Assembly: GCA_951406725.2 (NCBI GenBank)
Contig: OX597815.1
Coordinates: 93,992,001 to 94,056,000 of the forward strand
Origin: Octopus vulgaris
Lineage: Eukaryota
Length of the DNA: 64,000 nucleotides
Direction: 5' to 3'
Below are positions 26,100 through 38,375 of this stretch, one piece after another. Position numbers and translations under genes: made by a program. The notes below the pieces were generated by a model. That model had not been told where the DNA came from. It made no database searches and worked only from the letters and a program-made list of their open reading frames with translations. The first letter of the stretch is position 1; every line of letters starts with the position of its first letter.

Positions 26100-27560
26100 C
26101 TAAGGTACATCCCAGGCATTGCTCTCACAACCAATGCCCACAACTCGAAAACCTGCATGTGATTCAGACAACTGTGCTGCAGTAATATAAAGGACACTAC
26201 TCATAAAATAGGCATTCACTCAAAACCACAGAGTAGGAGACCTAATTCAGAACTATCTCTACAATAATCTATTACAACCTACTGAAATATATTAGTATGC
26301 ACTAATTGTAAGAAGCTCAACCTCTCTAAATGCCAACTAACACTTTCCAAAATTTTTGACAATGAAAACCTAGAAATTACATCTTTTCTATTTCTTGCTT
26401 GAAAGGTATTCTATCAGACTTCTCTCTTGTAGTGTATATAGATAGTACACTCTTCAATCCCTATAATTAACTATAGTGTAGCTCAAGGTTTACTAATTTC
26501 TCTCAGTTTCTTCTGTACACATTAGTCATCTTGCTGTTATTTTTAACACTGCATTCTCTTACGCAAGTAATAACCTTTAACTTGATCTTCTGCATACCAG
26601 TATCATTCACATGTAACCTAGATATCTTATGATAAATAGACCTGCACTGCGGTCAATAATGAGTTAATGAAACATCCTCCTACAGGAGTACCACAATCTA
26701 GCAATGCTTCTGCTCTGCCATTTCATTTCTATGTTCCAGGAAAATCTAGAGCTCCACCAGATATTCCTACAACATACTGAGACATTTCTATGAGTAGGGC
26801 TATGGTACAAACAAGTTTGACACATTCTCATGGGAACTTAGAACATAAAGAACTGGAATAAACACTACAAAGCATTTTACACAGAGCCCTAAAATTCAAA
26901 CCGTGATACCTGATTAATACTTTATTTTACTGATATGAGAATGAATGAAAGGCAAAGTAGATTCCAACAAAATTCGAATTTAAAACTCAAAACAACTGGA
27001 ACAAAAAATCATAAGGTATTTGTTCACTGCTCTAGCATTTCTGTAAAACAGCTAACTTAGATACAATCTCAACACAAGTCTTGTACTACAGCTTTCCTAC
27101 ACATAAACAACGAACAACTAAAACCTTGAAAGCCATTACAAATGCCAACTTAATCTCTGATGATCTTTTATGGAAAGGGCTTTATTTATGTCACAGCTAA
27201 AGTTGCATCACAAGAGTTTCCTCTTCAGAACCAGAAAATATTTCAGTCTGATTAGTTACCAACACTCTACAAAAGTTCCAAGCGTGATTCACAATGGAGT
27301 ACTACTTCTCACATAACTTACTGGAAGCTACTGATGCACAAATGCACTTTAATCTCTGGCTCATAGTTATGTAGTTTCTTGTTTATTTTCTACCACAATA
27401 CTCCAGTCTTTTGAACTATCTAGTTGCATAATTTATCTACATCTCTGGGGGTATCTCTAACTGTAGCGTTCTCCACACTCAGAATGCTGTAATTACTTTG
27501 TCCAATCCTTGCTACCCATAGCTGCAATTTTCCCTAGGGTTACCAACTCACAGATATTCA
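26100..27560 (+). mobile_element. Highly decayed LINE (CR1/L2/Jockey group) RT region, interrupted by a SINE at ~26830-27050
   Basis: Faint motifs only: SVAQGLLIS near 26474 (GVPQGS-like), TMEYYFSH near 27290 (PxMEYCS-like), NHRVGDL near 26225. Boundaries uncertain. Confidence 0.4.
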
Positions 27561-30196
27561 AACTGAATAACAACTACATCCATCTCACTAGTGAGAGGGG
27601 ATATGTAAGAGACCATATGCCTCATTTCTTTTGACTAAATATATAAAAACAGACAGACACACACAGTAATGTGGAGCAATAAAACACTTGAATTAATCCT
27701 GTCATCTAATTTTCAGGAGCAGTAATTGTTGCAGAAGGAAAGAAGATATTCCAATTCAATGTAAGAACTCCAGTACATCATAGCTGTGTGATTAAAAACT
27801 TATGAGAGGAATTTGATAGACAGAAACTGTGCAGAAGTCAGTCATAAGTATGTGGTCTTGTGTGTAGCATGTTTATGTTTATGCTGGTTAAAACAAGACA
27901 TGTTTATGTTGCATTCCTGTGTGTTGTAACTCAGTAGCTTGATAGAGATTGATAATGTAAGTACCAAGATGAAATAATTACTGAGATTGATAAACTGAAA
28001 CCCTTGAAAGAAGAACCCAAGCATGGCCACTTTCCACTGCTGGAATCTAATGTTTTTTTCTTTCTGGTCTGGTAGGAATATACCTATTGTGATATTGCTC
28101 CTTCCATTTGATCATGTGATACTGCATACACATACATGTGTGTGTGTATGGTGGTGGGGGGGGGCATGCATAAATGGCTTTGTCACTCACTAGCTACTCC
28201 TTCCAATCCACCCATCATCTCTTATCTTTTCTCTTTTACAAACAGGCATGCAATCTTACAATCCTCCTATGACACAGAAATCATGCTGACAGCTGAGAAG
28301 ATCATGATTATTGTTAAGATGCAGAAACCTAATAAGCATTTTTTTCTTTAATATGCAAGATACTGACATTTCTATCAATGATCATGACAAAAACCCATAA
28401 TGCTGCATTAGCTGCTATGATGCTGTCTTCCAACACTTATAAGCCATCAATATTCATATAACAAGTTGGTGGTACTTGCTAAGTTAAATTCATTACATTT
28501 TGAAATTTCTTTAGAACACATAACATAATCTAAAGCATTTGCTAGCTTTTCTTTTGGGCAATTTGCCTTTAAGCATATCCCTTTTTTCTCTTTTTTTTTT
28601 CTTTTAAGAGAGAGGAAATTAAAGGATGGAATTGTATGTTCAGCTATTCTCTTCATATAGTTAATCCTGAAGTACCAACATTGTGTGTGTAGGAAGGAAT
28701 TTTTGTTCTTTTGTTAAGTGATCACAATCACAAAATAACAATTACAAGGAACTTAACAGTCAATTAATTGATTTATTACAGTCCACACATCTCTACTGCA
28801 TTGTGTATCTGTAATTTCAATATCACAGCTCATGTAACATTGCCAAATTGAATGTATCTGTGATTTCAACAGCTCTGCTCACCACATTGTATCTTTCTCA
28901 TATCATAGCCTATCCATCCCTATTACATTGTTTACTTCAGCTAGGACATCAGTTTTTGAGATGTTTTTACTCTATTTCTCATTTCAACTGATTCAGTTCA
29001 GGCATCTCTGAGTGACTTTTGCTATTTTTATATTTCAACATTGAATGTTTCGAGTAAATTACATAATTTGTTAAATAGATATTGTTAAACTGAGAATTCA
29101 TCAAAAAGTTCAATTAAATTAACATTTTCTTCTACTGATCCCTGTTTCAGCACAAAGTTCAACCACTGAAATCTCTCTCGCCATTTTCTCTCAACTGATA
29201 ACTCATATTGAAAACCATCCATTTCAATGTTCTTTGGGGCATTGAAGAAGGTCCTACAATTTACAAGTCGTCCAGAATTATACAAATATTTTAAATTTGC
29301 AAGGAGTGATTAAAGACAATTTTATTTATATTTATAAAGTGAAACTACACTTGGGAGTTGAAGAATTCAGTTAAATAACATGCTTAGTAAATAATAAGAG
29401 AGTGAAGGAGGAGGAGGATGTCTGAATGAAATTAACTTAGTAAACCTGGTCTTGTGCTATGAGGTCACACAATAGGATTGGTTTAGAATACGAAAATAAT
29501 AGTCTGTTAGTTCTTTTTGTTCAATTTCCTTGTCATATACTGTTATTTAATTCTTCATTACTGGTGTTTAACTAAACAGCTGAACCAGCAAGCACCTAAG
29601 TCAGTGATAATGACTAAGGTGAACCTTTGTGCTTCTCTCTTCAACCAACAAGTGCAACTAGAGAACATAATTACAATTGTAATTAGATGGAAGGTGGTAA
29701 TCAACATGGACATTACAAACAATTCCCTTAGCTATAAATCAACACACAAATTGTATCAAAATCATTTTTGATGTCTTGGATTATTTAAAAAAGGTGTAGT
29801 ATTTTGGTATATCTTTACAATCTCATTTATCATCATTATCATCATCATTCAACAGAACTTCAGCCTCTTTCACCAAATTGGTATGGGTTTGACAGCTTTA
29901 GAACCCTTATTATAGATGTTTTACAAAAACTAATTTCTGTATTATTTTTTTAAATTGGTGTTGGTGGGGATGACAAAATATCTAAAACAGAATTGCATTC
30001 TGGTAAGAAATACGAGGCCAGTTGGAAATAGTCACATATTTGAAGTTAATAATGGAAGGACAATCATAAATATATCTCTGGTCAAATATTGAAATGGTGC
30101 TCTTAACATGTTGGATACCATGTATTTTTATTACCAAGAAGCTGGAACTGAAGAAGCACAATGAAGTGTACCTAGTCCACACAAGTTAGCCTATTA

Positions 30197-30239
<43 letters not shown>

Positions 30240-30634
30240 TGACATGGACTGAACAGAGTGACACGACCTGTTCAATAGAGTACCATAGAAAAGTGGCAGA
30301 AAAAAATATGAAATATATTGAATTTACAGAAAAAATTGAGATTTTAGTTATTAAATTAGTTAAGCCAGACATCTAAAACAACTTAGTTATATATCAATTT
30401 AAAATGGGAGTGTGTATGTGTGTGTTCAGAAATAGAGAGGGGAAAATGGAATGAAAGACACCTGGAAAAATAAGAGTAACATAGCTACAGAACAGATTAC
30501 ATACATACTCCCTAGTCTGTCTTCACACAGACAGACACAATGAACACTTGACATGCTTCATCATATGATCAAATGTAAAGAACCAACTACAAATCACATG
30601 ACCAACAGAATAAAGAAGAAAGCAATTTTATTTA

Positions 30635-30680
<46 letters not shown>

Positions 30681-31695
30681 CATACACACACGTCTATCAT
30701 ATTTATATTTTAAAGATAAAGGTCAGTGTTGACAGGGATGTACATTGACATGCTAGAAATAGTAGCCAAACCTCCCTTAAATCATATTCAAAAAGAATCG
30801 ATGGTCTTGTCTAGAATGCCTTTGATCATAAGTCTGTTTGGGTGGGGAATGACCTAGATTTAAACACACAAAACTAACAAGTTGTAATTTAGAAAATATC
30901 AGAGTAAAAAAACAAAAGATATTTGAAATGAAAGAAACAAAGGAAATTAAAATGTAAACATAGCTAAAAGGTGAGGCATCAAGACCTCCACAACATATCA
31001 GTTGCTGCTCCTCTTCATAACAATGTATAAGGATTTCTTCAGTTAGAATGAAGATGTTTTAGAAGGGTAATATATTTATTTAATAAAACTGTTGTAACTT
31101 CAAACACTAGGTTTTTGCATTAACTTATGCCATATTTCTGGCAACAGCATTTGTAAATTTTCCTTTAGGGACCTTTCTTAACAACACTTATGGATATACA
31201 AAATATAAGTTTTTTCCTCTTAAAAAAACAAAACAAAAAAAAACACTGCAAGAAAGATGCCAACCTTCTCTCAACCAAATCAGTTAGTATGAAACTCACG
31301 TGTTTTATTGATCCCTGGAGATGCAAAAAAAGCATAGTTGATCACAGTAGAATTTGAACCAATGCCAGTAAAATCTCAACATTCATCCTGGTTCTCAACA
31401 GTCATGTAGTTATATCTCCCCCACACAAAACCTCCTAGAATTTTCTTAATGTGTAATAAATGAGATAAGAACTAAATAGTAAAATACACAAGGTTTCCTA
31501 GCAGACTGGCAGAATACCAACATTTCCAAAATACTAAATAAATAACAAAACACTACTTTCCACTCCAAAATGATACACATAAATAGCTCATTTGTACTTA
31601 TACTTCCATATTTTGGAGCATGTTAACTCTTTTCTATTACCAATAACAGACCCACCACATATTTTCTCAATATTAACCTGTACTGCTTTCAGGCA

Positions 31696-32764
31696 TTTAT
31701 ACAAACTGTCTGTCACTTAATAATTTATGCTTCAGTTATATATAAGTGTTGATTTCTAACATTGATACAAGACCACAAAAAGGATATAGGCCCTCCCCAT
31801 AACCTCCTTTACTCAACTGGTACTTATTTCATCCACCTCAATAGGAATATAGCCAAACGTAACTTTGATACTAGAATGCAAAAAAATTGAACTAATTGCA
31901 AGGAATATTGTTTGGTACTCAAGTAATTATTCTAACCATTGGCCCCTATTTTATTTATAAATATTAATTTTTATCTTTTAATATTTTGTATAACAATTTG
32001 TTCTTAACATACATAGTTTTATACATACAGATAGATGTATTCCATAAACAGAACTGGCATATAGAAATATTTTAAATATATAGTTTGAAAATACAGGCTA
32101 TGAAAGAAGCTTAGCTAATATTTGTGGCTTTTTATGAAAAGAAGACTATAACATCATGGATAACAGTGTGATCTCTCAAATATTTTTCAACAGCTGGTTC
32201 TATATCATAGATAAATGGCACTAAAATTTATTTCTTAATGGTATTTTGACAATGTAAAATTTGTCTTACAGTTGCTAAAATATTTGAAGGGTATTTCATA
32301 AAAGTACTGCAAAATATTAAAGGTTTCAACAAGTCTGATATCTTTGGCTAAATACATTTCAGAATCCTTTTAAATAACAATAATGAACGACTGTATGCAA
32401 ATCTAAAACAAACCTCGTAAGTTTGTGGCTCTGGGTTTTTCCCCAATGTATGGATTAGTTAAATTGTATATCAAAGAGGATTAATGAAACATTAAAACAA
32501 ATACAAACAACAATTATTTTTGACAATGTTATTTTATAACCCATATAAAATATTTGTGTGCCAGTAAGGATGTATCTATCAACAGAACAGCCTGTTCCTA
32601 AGATGCAAATTCTGTAACTCAGATTATATAATTAATTCTGCAAGTGCAACACACACAACACTCTCCTCTAATTCTTTTATACAAACTATCTGTCAATTAT
32701 TTATGCTTCAATTATATATAAGTGTTGATTTCTAACACTGATACAAGATCACAAAAAGGATATA
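31696..32764 (+). repeat. ~90-bp direct duplication (31696-31788 and 32676-32764)
   Basis: TTTATACAAACTRTCTGTCA..TTATGCTTCARTTATATATAAGTGTTGATTTCTAACAYTGATACAAGAYCACAAAAAGGATATA occurs twice, about 980 bp apart. Confidence 0.9.
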
Positions 32765-32769
32765 CTGAT

Positions 32770-33008
32770 TGGTGTTTGGAAGGGCGTCCAGCCATAAAAA
32801 TCTTGCCAAAATTAACTTTGCCTGTGTTAGTGTTATATAAAAAAGCACTGAGTCCACTCTGTGGAGTGGTTGGTGTTAAGAAGGGCAGCCAGCTGTCAAA
32901 TCCCTGCCAAAACAGACACAATAGCCTTGGGTAGATTTCTACCTGACTGGCTCCTGTTAACTATCCTACCTATGCATGCATAGAAGACAGACGTTAAATG
33001 ATGATGAT
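32770..33008 (+). mobile_element. SINE 3' part with GGAAGGGCRTCCAGC domain and (GAT)n tail
   Basis: Ends GCATAGAAGACAGACGTTAAATGATGATGAT. Reverse copies at ~5570-5790, 6910-7010, 23635-23810 and 59830-60010. Confidence 0.7.
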
Positions 33009-33545
33009 CTAAAAATGTATTTGAAAGTTGTGATGCAGAAAAATATGGGCAGTGACTAGAAAGGAATGATTGGGATAAGTATATCAAAGGATGTTTTACA
33101 GTAAAACATCCCTGCCTTGGATAAATACACAGCTAAAGTAAAATCTCAGTACATACTTCACAACATATAAGATTGCCAAAATTGTAGTGCCTAAAACTAA
33201 GCATTCTCTTGAGAGAAATAATATACTCCTGTTCTGATAGGTGCTGAACCTACAAAACATCAACTACTAATGCAGCAAAAAAGTTAACAACAATATAGTG
33301 GGTGGCATTTTTTTTTTTTAATAGCACTTTTCAAGGACCACCCTGGGGAGCACAGATTCTACTTACTGCACACAAGTATCACCTTAAGAAAGTTCAAGCA
33401 GAACATTATTACAACAGTCAGAGAAGCCCTGCAAAGGTCATGGGTAATCACTGACTTGGAACAGAAGGTACTTATGGCAGAGTTACACCAAAGAATTAAT
33501 AGGCAAGCACTTTCTAAACAAGATGACATGTGATAAAGACCTCTC

Positions 33546-33591
<46 letters not shown>

Positions 33592-34441
33592 GTGTGTAAA
33601 ATGAGTAGAGATTGAAATAATGATAAATAAGTATGTTGACAAAATTTTATTTTAATAAATACTTTCAATTCCTATAGTGAATCATGCCAAGTTGTGTTGC
33701 TAAGGACCTTAAAGAAAAGCATGTTCCCTTTTAGAAATTATATAAATTTACTCGTGGTTGATTAACTTAGGAAGACATGGGTCTCTCAACCAAGATGACT
33801 GGTGAAAATTTTTATTTTAGAGTGTCTGTGAAGTTAATGTATTATTCACCACATGGTCACGAGTTCAAACTTTGCTATTTGGTCTACGACAAGGTTTTAT
33901 ACATATAATGCCTTAATTTAGTTAATAATACATGCTACTTCCACTTTACAGTTAAGTAGCAATAGCAATGACATTTGTTTTTAAAAACAGAGGTTATTAA
34001 CAATATGCAAATTGAAAAAGCTATCTCATGCATGCATGATGTATGTGCGCACATGCACTGAGGTTCAGTTGTGAAGGAATTGTACCTCTAGATTAGTGGT
34101 GTTCAGCAGCTGAACACCACTTGTATGAAGATTTCATATGCAGCTAGGACTGAGTTTGAAACTCATTCTTCTGAAATGATCTAGAAGTCACCACCACAAA
34201 AGAAATATAAAAAAAAGTAAACTATCAGCATTGCTTCAAACATTATTTTTATAATTCCTGAGAATGGGAAGAGAAATACAAAGAAAAGAGAACAAGAGGT
34301 GCGAGCAAAATGCTTAATAACCAAAAGAAGTTGGCAAGTAGATCCCTTACAATTAAAATCAATCCACACCAATGGAAGAAAAGCCAGGCAATAACAATAA
34401 AAAATAAAAAAAAAAGAGGAAAAAGAAAAAGAAAAACCTAC

Positions 34442-34491
34442 CTCGATAAGTTGTGGTTGAATTCAGTGTTTCAAGGTCCCAGATTTTGACA
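34442..34491 (-). CDS. WDR77: WDR77/MEP50 coding exon, equivalent to exon 4
   Basis: Acceptor atatttcag preceded by a long T tract, donor G|gtaggt, 50 nt. Reads VKIWDLETLNSTTTYR(A), with the WD dipeptide, in frame. Confidence 0.93.
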
Positions 34492-34529
34492 CTGAAATAT
34501 ATTTAAAAAAAAAAAAAGAAAAAATAATA

Positions 34530-34735
34530 ATCTTTTCTACTATAGGCACAAAGCCAGAAAATTTGGTGGGTGGGAATAGTTGATTACATCAATCCTATTG
34601 TTTCACGGTTACTTAATTTATTGACCTCCGAGGAGATGAAAGGCAAAGTCAACCTTGGCAGAATTTAAACTCAGAATGTAACAATGGGTGAAATACCAGC
34701 GAGCTAATGATTCTGCCTGTTGGTCACCTTAATAA
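34530..34735 (-). mobile_element. tRNA-derived SINE (61035 family) just upstream of the exon-4 acceptor
   Basis: TTTCTACTATAGGCACAAAGCC..GATGAAAGGCAAAGTCAACCTTGGCAGAATTTAAACTCAGAA. Confidence 0.8.
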
Positions 34736-34815
34736 TAATAAAATTAGGGTTGGTTCCTTTTAAAATCATCTTTCAATAATTTTCAGAAAACTCAATTTAA
34801 TATGCAGTTCCGTAT

Positions 34816-34993
34816 GTTAGTTAGTTAATTTTTTTGGCTCAAAAAGCAAGGCCATGTAGGGGGACATGGAGTTATGTACAGGGTAGTGTTCATGTAAAGA
34901 GTTCAGGCCACTTGTGGTCAAGGGAGACTTTGAACCGAGCGGTCGTCGGCATCTTCACCATCTCGTCCGGCAGCTTATTCCACGGATCCGCAA
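34816..34993 (-). mobile_element. Short, apparently young 5'-truncated CR1-type LINE 3' end
   Basis: Open frame ADPWNKLPDEMVKMPTTARFKVSLDHKWPELFT* (the CR1-type WNxLPxxVV..FKxxLD C-terminus), short 3' UTR and (TAAC)n tail. CpGs retained. Confidence 0.85.
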
Positions 34994-35312
34994 TATAGTT
35001 TGTTAACATTTATTTCTTCTCAATAGTATAACAGTGGAGAAAGAGCTTACACTGGGAAGCTTTGGTTTGACTTTACTGTTGTTCTGAGGTGCACACCACA
35101 AACTTGACAAATTGATAGGAAAAATGCTGTGTAATTCACTCTCATCAGATATTTATTTATATATAATTGTAGTTTTGTTCACTTTCACTAATGTATCAAA
35201 ACTGCCTATGAACATAACTAATGCAATCTGTGTTGCAATTCAAACTGCAGCTACACTATAGAACTTTGTCCATTATTTTTTTCTCTTTATTTCTGCATTT
35301 ATTTTATTGACC

Positions 35313-35538
35313 TTAACCCTTCAGCATTCAAACTTCTGTCTAATTTAATGCTTATTTATTCACTTTGTTTTAAATTAATCATGCATTATCTTGTAGCTTT
35401 GAGATTTCAGTGATGTGAATGTATATTTTTAAAATGACATTGTAGGGTAGGTGTGAGAGGCTGAATCTAGTCAGTTTGAACATAAAACTAGTAGAATATC
35501 TGGGCGGGATATGGCCAGTTTAAACGCTAAAGAATTAA
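35313..35538 (+). mobile_element. piggyBac-like MITE family A, copy 3
   Basis: TTAA-CCCTTCAGCATT...AACGCTAAAGAA-TTAA. Confidence 0.85.
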
Positions 35539-36204
35539 ATTTTTCTTTTAATTATACCATCCTTAACATTTGTATATATCTGCTATTTTAGATCTCTTCA
35601 GACGGACGCTTAAAGACATTTCATTAAATTATTATTTACTTTACAGAAGAAGAAAAGATATTCAAACTTTCTACACATATATGCAGAAAATAAATATGTC
35701 TATGTGAAAGTGGGTATTAGCAAAAATATACACATCACGATTGCCATCACCAACTTTTCACAATATATTAAAATGAATATTTTATAACACTATCACTTTT
35801 AAAATCAAACAGAAAATCCCAAAACAAAACTTTGTTTTTAATCAATATAATATATATAAAAAAAAATCTTAGAAGTCCTTAGACTGGATCTAATCCAGTC
35901 CGTAAATTTTTACAAGTTATTAAATCAGATCTTTAAGTTTTTAGTCCAATGCAATAAACCAACTGAGGAATTTGTTGCTTAACATACAGACTAAACTTTT
36001 AGATCAACTTAAGAGATTGAATGGCAATAGCAGAATTTTGAACGGATAAGATATTAAACTATTTGCTGCTTGGCAATACTAAAAAGCTTTGTAAATGTGT
36101 CTACAAAGCCATCTTCCCCTCTGGTACACTACACACAAACTAAGTCAAAATACACTGCTAAAAATCGCATTATAAACAATGATGGTGATAATAATAATAC
36201 TTAC

Positions 36205-36346
36205 GATTTGTCATGACTAGCAGATAACACTTTTTTGGAATCAGCAAAAGCACTAACAGTAGTTACAATACTATCATGTTCCACAGAGGCAGACATTTGT
36301 ACAAAGGTCTTATAGTTATCCACCAGCTGCCATATTGCAATGCCAC
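36205..36346 (-). CDS. WDR77: WDR77/MEP50 coding exon, equivalent to exon 3 (WD40 repeat)
   Basis: Acceptor aattttacag, donor TC|gtaagt, 142 nt. Reads GIAIWQLVDNYKTFVQMSASVEHDSIVTTVSAFADSKKVLSASHDK(S), in frame with the previous exon. EHDxIVxTVS matches MEP50. Confidence 0.95.
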
Positions 36347-36512
36347 CTGTAAAATTATATGCAAAACTATTTCACATAACACAAAAATAGGAAAATCAAG
36401 CAATTCTTAAGATAATAATAGGCAATTTCATAATTTCTGCTCAAAATTTAAAGGGCATACACATAAAATACAAACATAACAGACAAGGATTGACAGAATA
36501 ATTAAAAAGATT

Positions 36513-36743
36513 TTAACTCTGTAGCATTTAAACCAACCATATCCAGTAAAAATATTCTTCCCGCTTTATGTTCAAATTGACCAGATCTAACCTCTAACAC
36601 CTAGCCTACAATGTTAGTCTAAAAAATTACAAAGTCACATAATCTAAATCTCAAGGCTACAAGATAATACAAAATAAATTCAAAACAATATGAATAAATA
36701 AGCATTACATTTGATGGAACAATTTGAATACTAAAAAGGTTAA
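36513..36743 (-). mobile_element. piggyBac-like MITE family A, copy 4
   Basis: TTAA at both ends; reverse complement of copy 3. Confidence 0.85.
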
Positions 36744-37984
36744 TATAAATGATACTAAACAGTAACACCAATGGATGCAGTAGGCTCAGTGATGGGGCTT
36801 AAATTACTTATTACTTGCTATTAAACTACACCGATTACTCAACAGAAACTGTCATTCCTTTTTTTTTCAGGTGAAATATATTGTTTCAGTCCTTTCATTG
36901 GAGCATGTTTTCTGTCTCAAATTGATATTTATAATGTTTAATATTCTCAATATTAAAATCACAGCAGTTTAATTCATTGTTTCATTCATTATTTAAGGAT
37001 TGGCAGTTACTGCAGTTTCTATATTTGATACAAAAAGATTACAATAAAAGTAAAATTTCTGATATTGATTAACTTTCATTCAGAAAATGTTAGGGTATTC
37101 ATAATGAGAACCTCTACATGTTCACATGGCCAGCTAAAAATGATAGCCAATCTTAAATTATACCCTATTACCTTAATACACACAAATTAAAAAAAAAAAA
37201 ATTCAATAATGTATACATTATACAAATAAGACAGGATGGTCAGAACTGGAAAGATTTTAATCAGGACTGATCTGGATGATAAACAACTGCTTAAATAGAA
37301 GAAACTTCTCGTGTAATAGTAACAAGTAAGAAATAATTCCCATTGGAATAGGTAACAAATTTATAGGAAAATGATATAGCAGACCAAGTGCTCCTAGTAT
37401 ATGACAAATACTTATCCTATGAACTCCAAAGGAATAAATAACAGAGGCAACCTAGGCAAGGTTTGAAATACCTGAATAATATTCTGCTTGACATGATATG
37501 TATTTCAATGTTAAACTTTATTTACTTTAACTGTAGAACAAAAAAGATATCTCATGGTTTTAGTATAATGAAACAATATTGTGAAGATCTATAAATTTAT
37601 GTCATAGAGGAATGAAACCAAATACTATAATGGCATTAAGCCAACACTAATGTTTCTAGCAATGAAGATAAAGAATCCAGGAAATGCTTAGTATAAGTTA
37701 TAGAAATTGAAACCAGAATTTTAACATTGTCATTACACTGATTCCAACATGAAATAAGTTCAACAAGGAAGTGTCTACAGTCATGCATCCTTCTAGAAAT
37801 AGTTAAAATTTTCCCAGACTACTGTCTTAATACAGCATCTAAGACTACATTAAAGTAGTATTAGATACAGGATGCCTTGGGGAATGGGCTGAGGTAGGAT
37901 GGTCATGACTACAATGCTTTTAGGCATAAGTCTACTTAGAGTCCAAAAGTATTTTGTGTAATACACAAGATTTGCTGTGAATAA

Positions 37985-38375
37985 TAATAATCCTTTCTAC
38001 TATAAGCACAAGGCCTGAAATTTTGGCTGGAAGGAAGTAAGTCAATAACATACTGGTGCTTATTTTATCTAGCCTGAAAGGATAAAAGGTAAAGTCAACT
38101 CCAGCAGCATTTGAACTCAATGTAAAATCAAAAGAAATGTTGCTAAGCATTTAGTCTGGTGTGCTAATGATTCTGCTCTCACAAATAATAATAGTGGTTT
38201 CAAATTTTGGCACAAGGCCAGTAATTTCAAGGGAGGGAGGAAGTCGACTACATTGACTTCAGTACTCAACCAGTACTTATTTTATTGAACCTAAAAGGGT
38301 GAAAGGCAAAGTTAACATGTAAAGTTGGAAGTGCTTCAAAGCATTTTGTCTGGTGTGCTAACAATTCTGCTCTCT
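37985..38375 (-). mobile_element. Two head-to-tail SINE copies (61035 family)
   Basis: Two repeats of ACAAGGCC..AAAGGYAAAGT..AAGCATTT.GTCTGGTGTGCTAA..ATTCTGCTCTC. Opposite-strand copies follow at ~38630-38810 and ~38820-39010. Confidence 0.75.
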
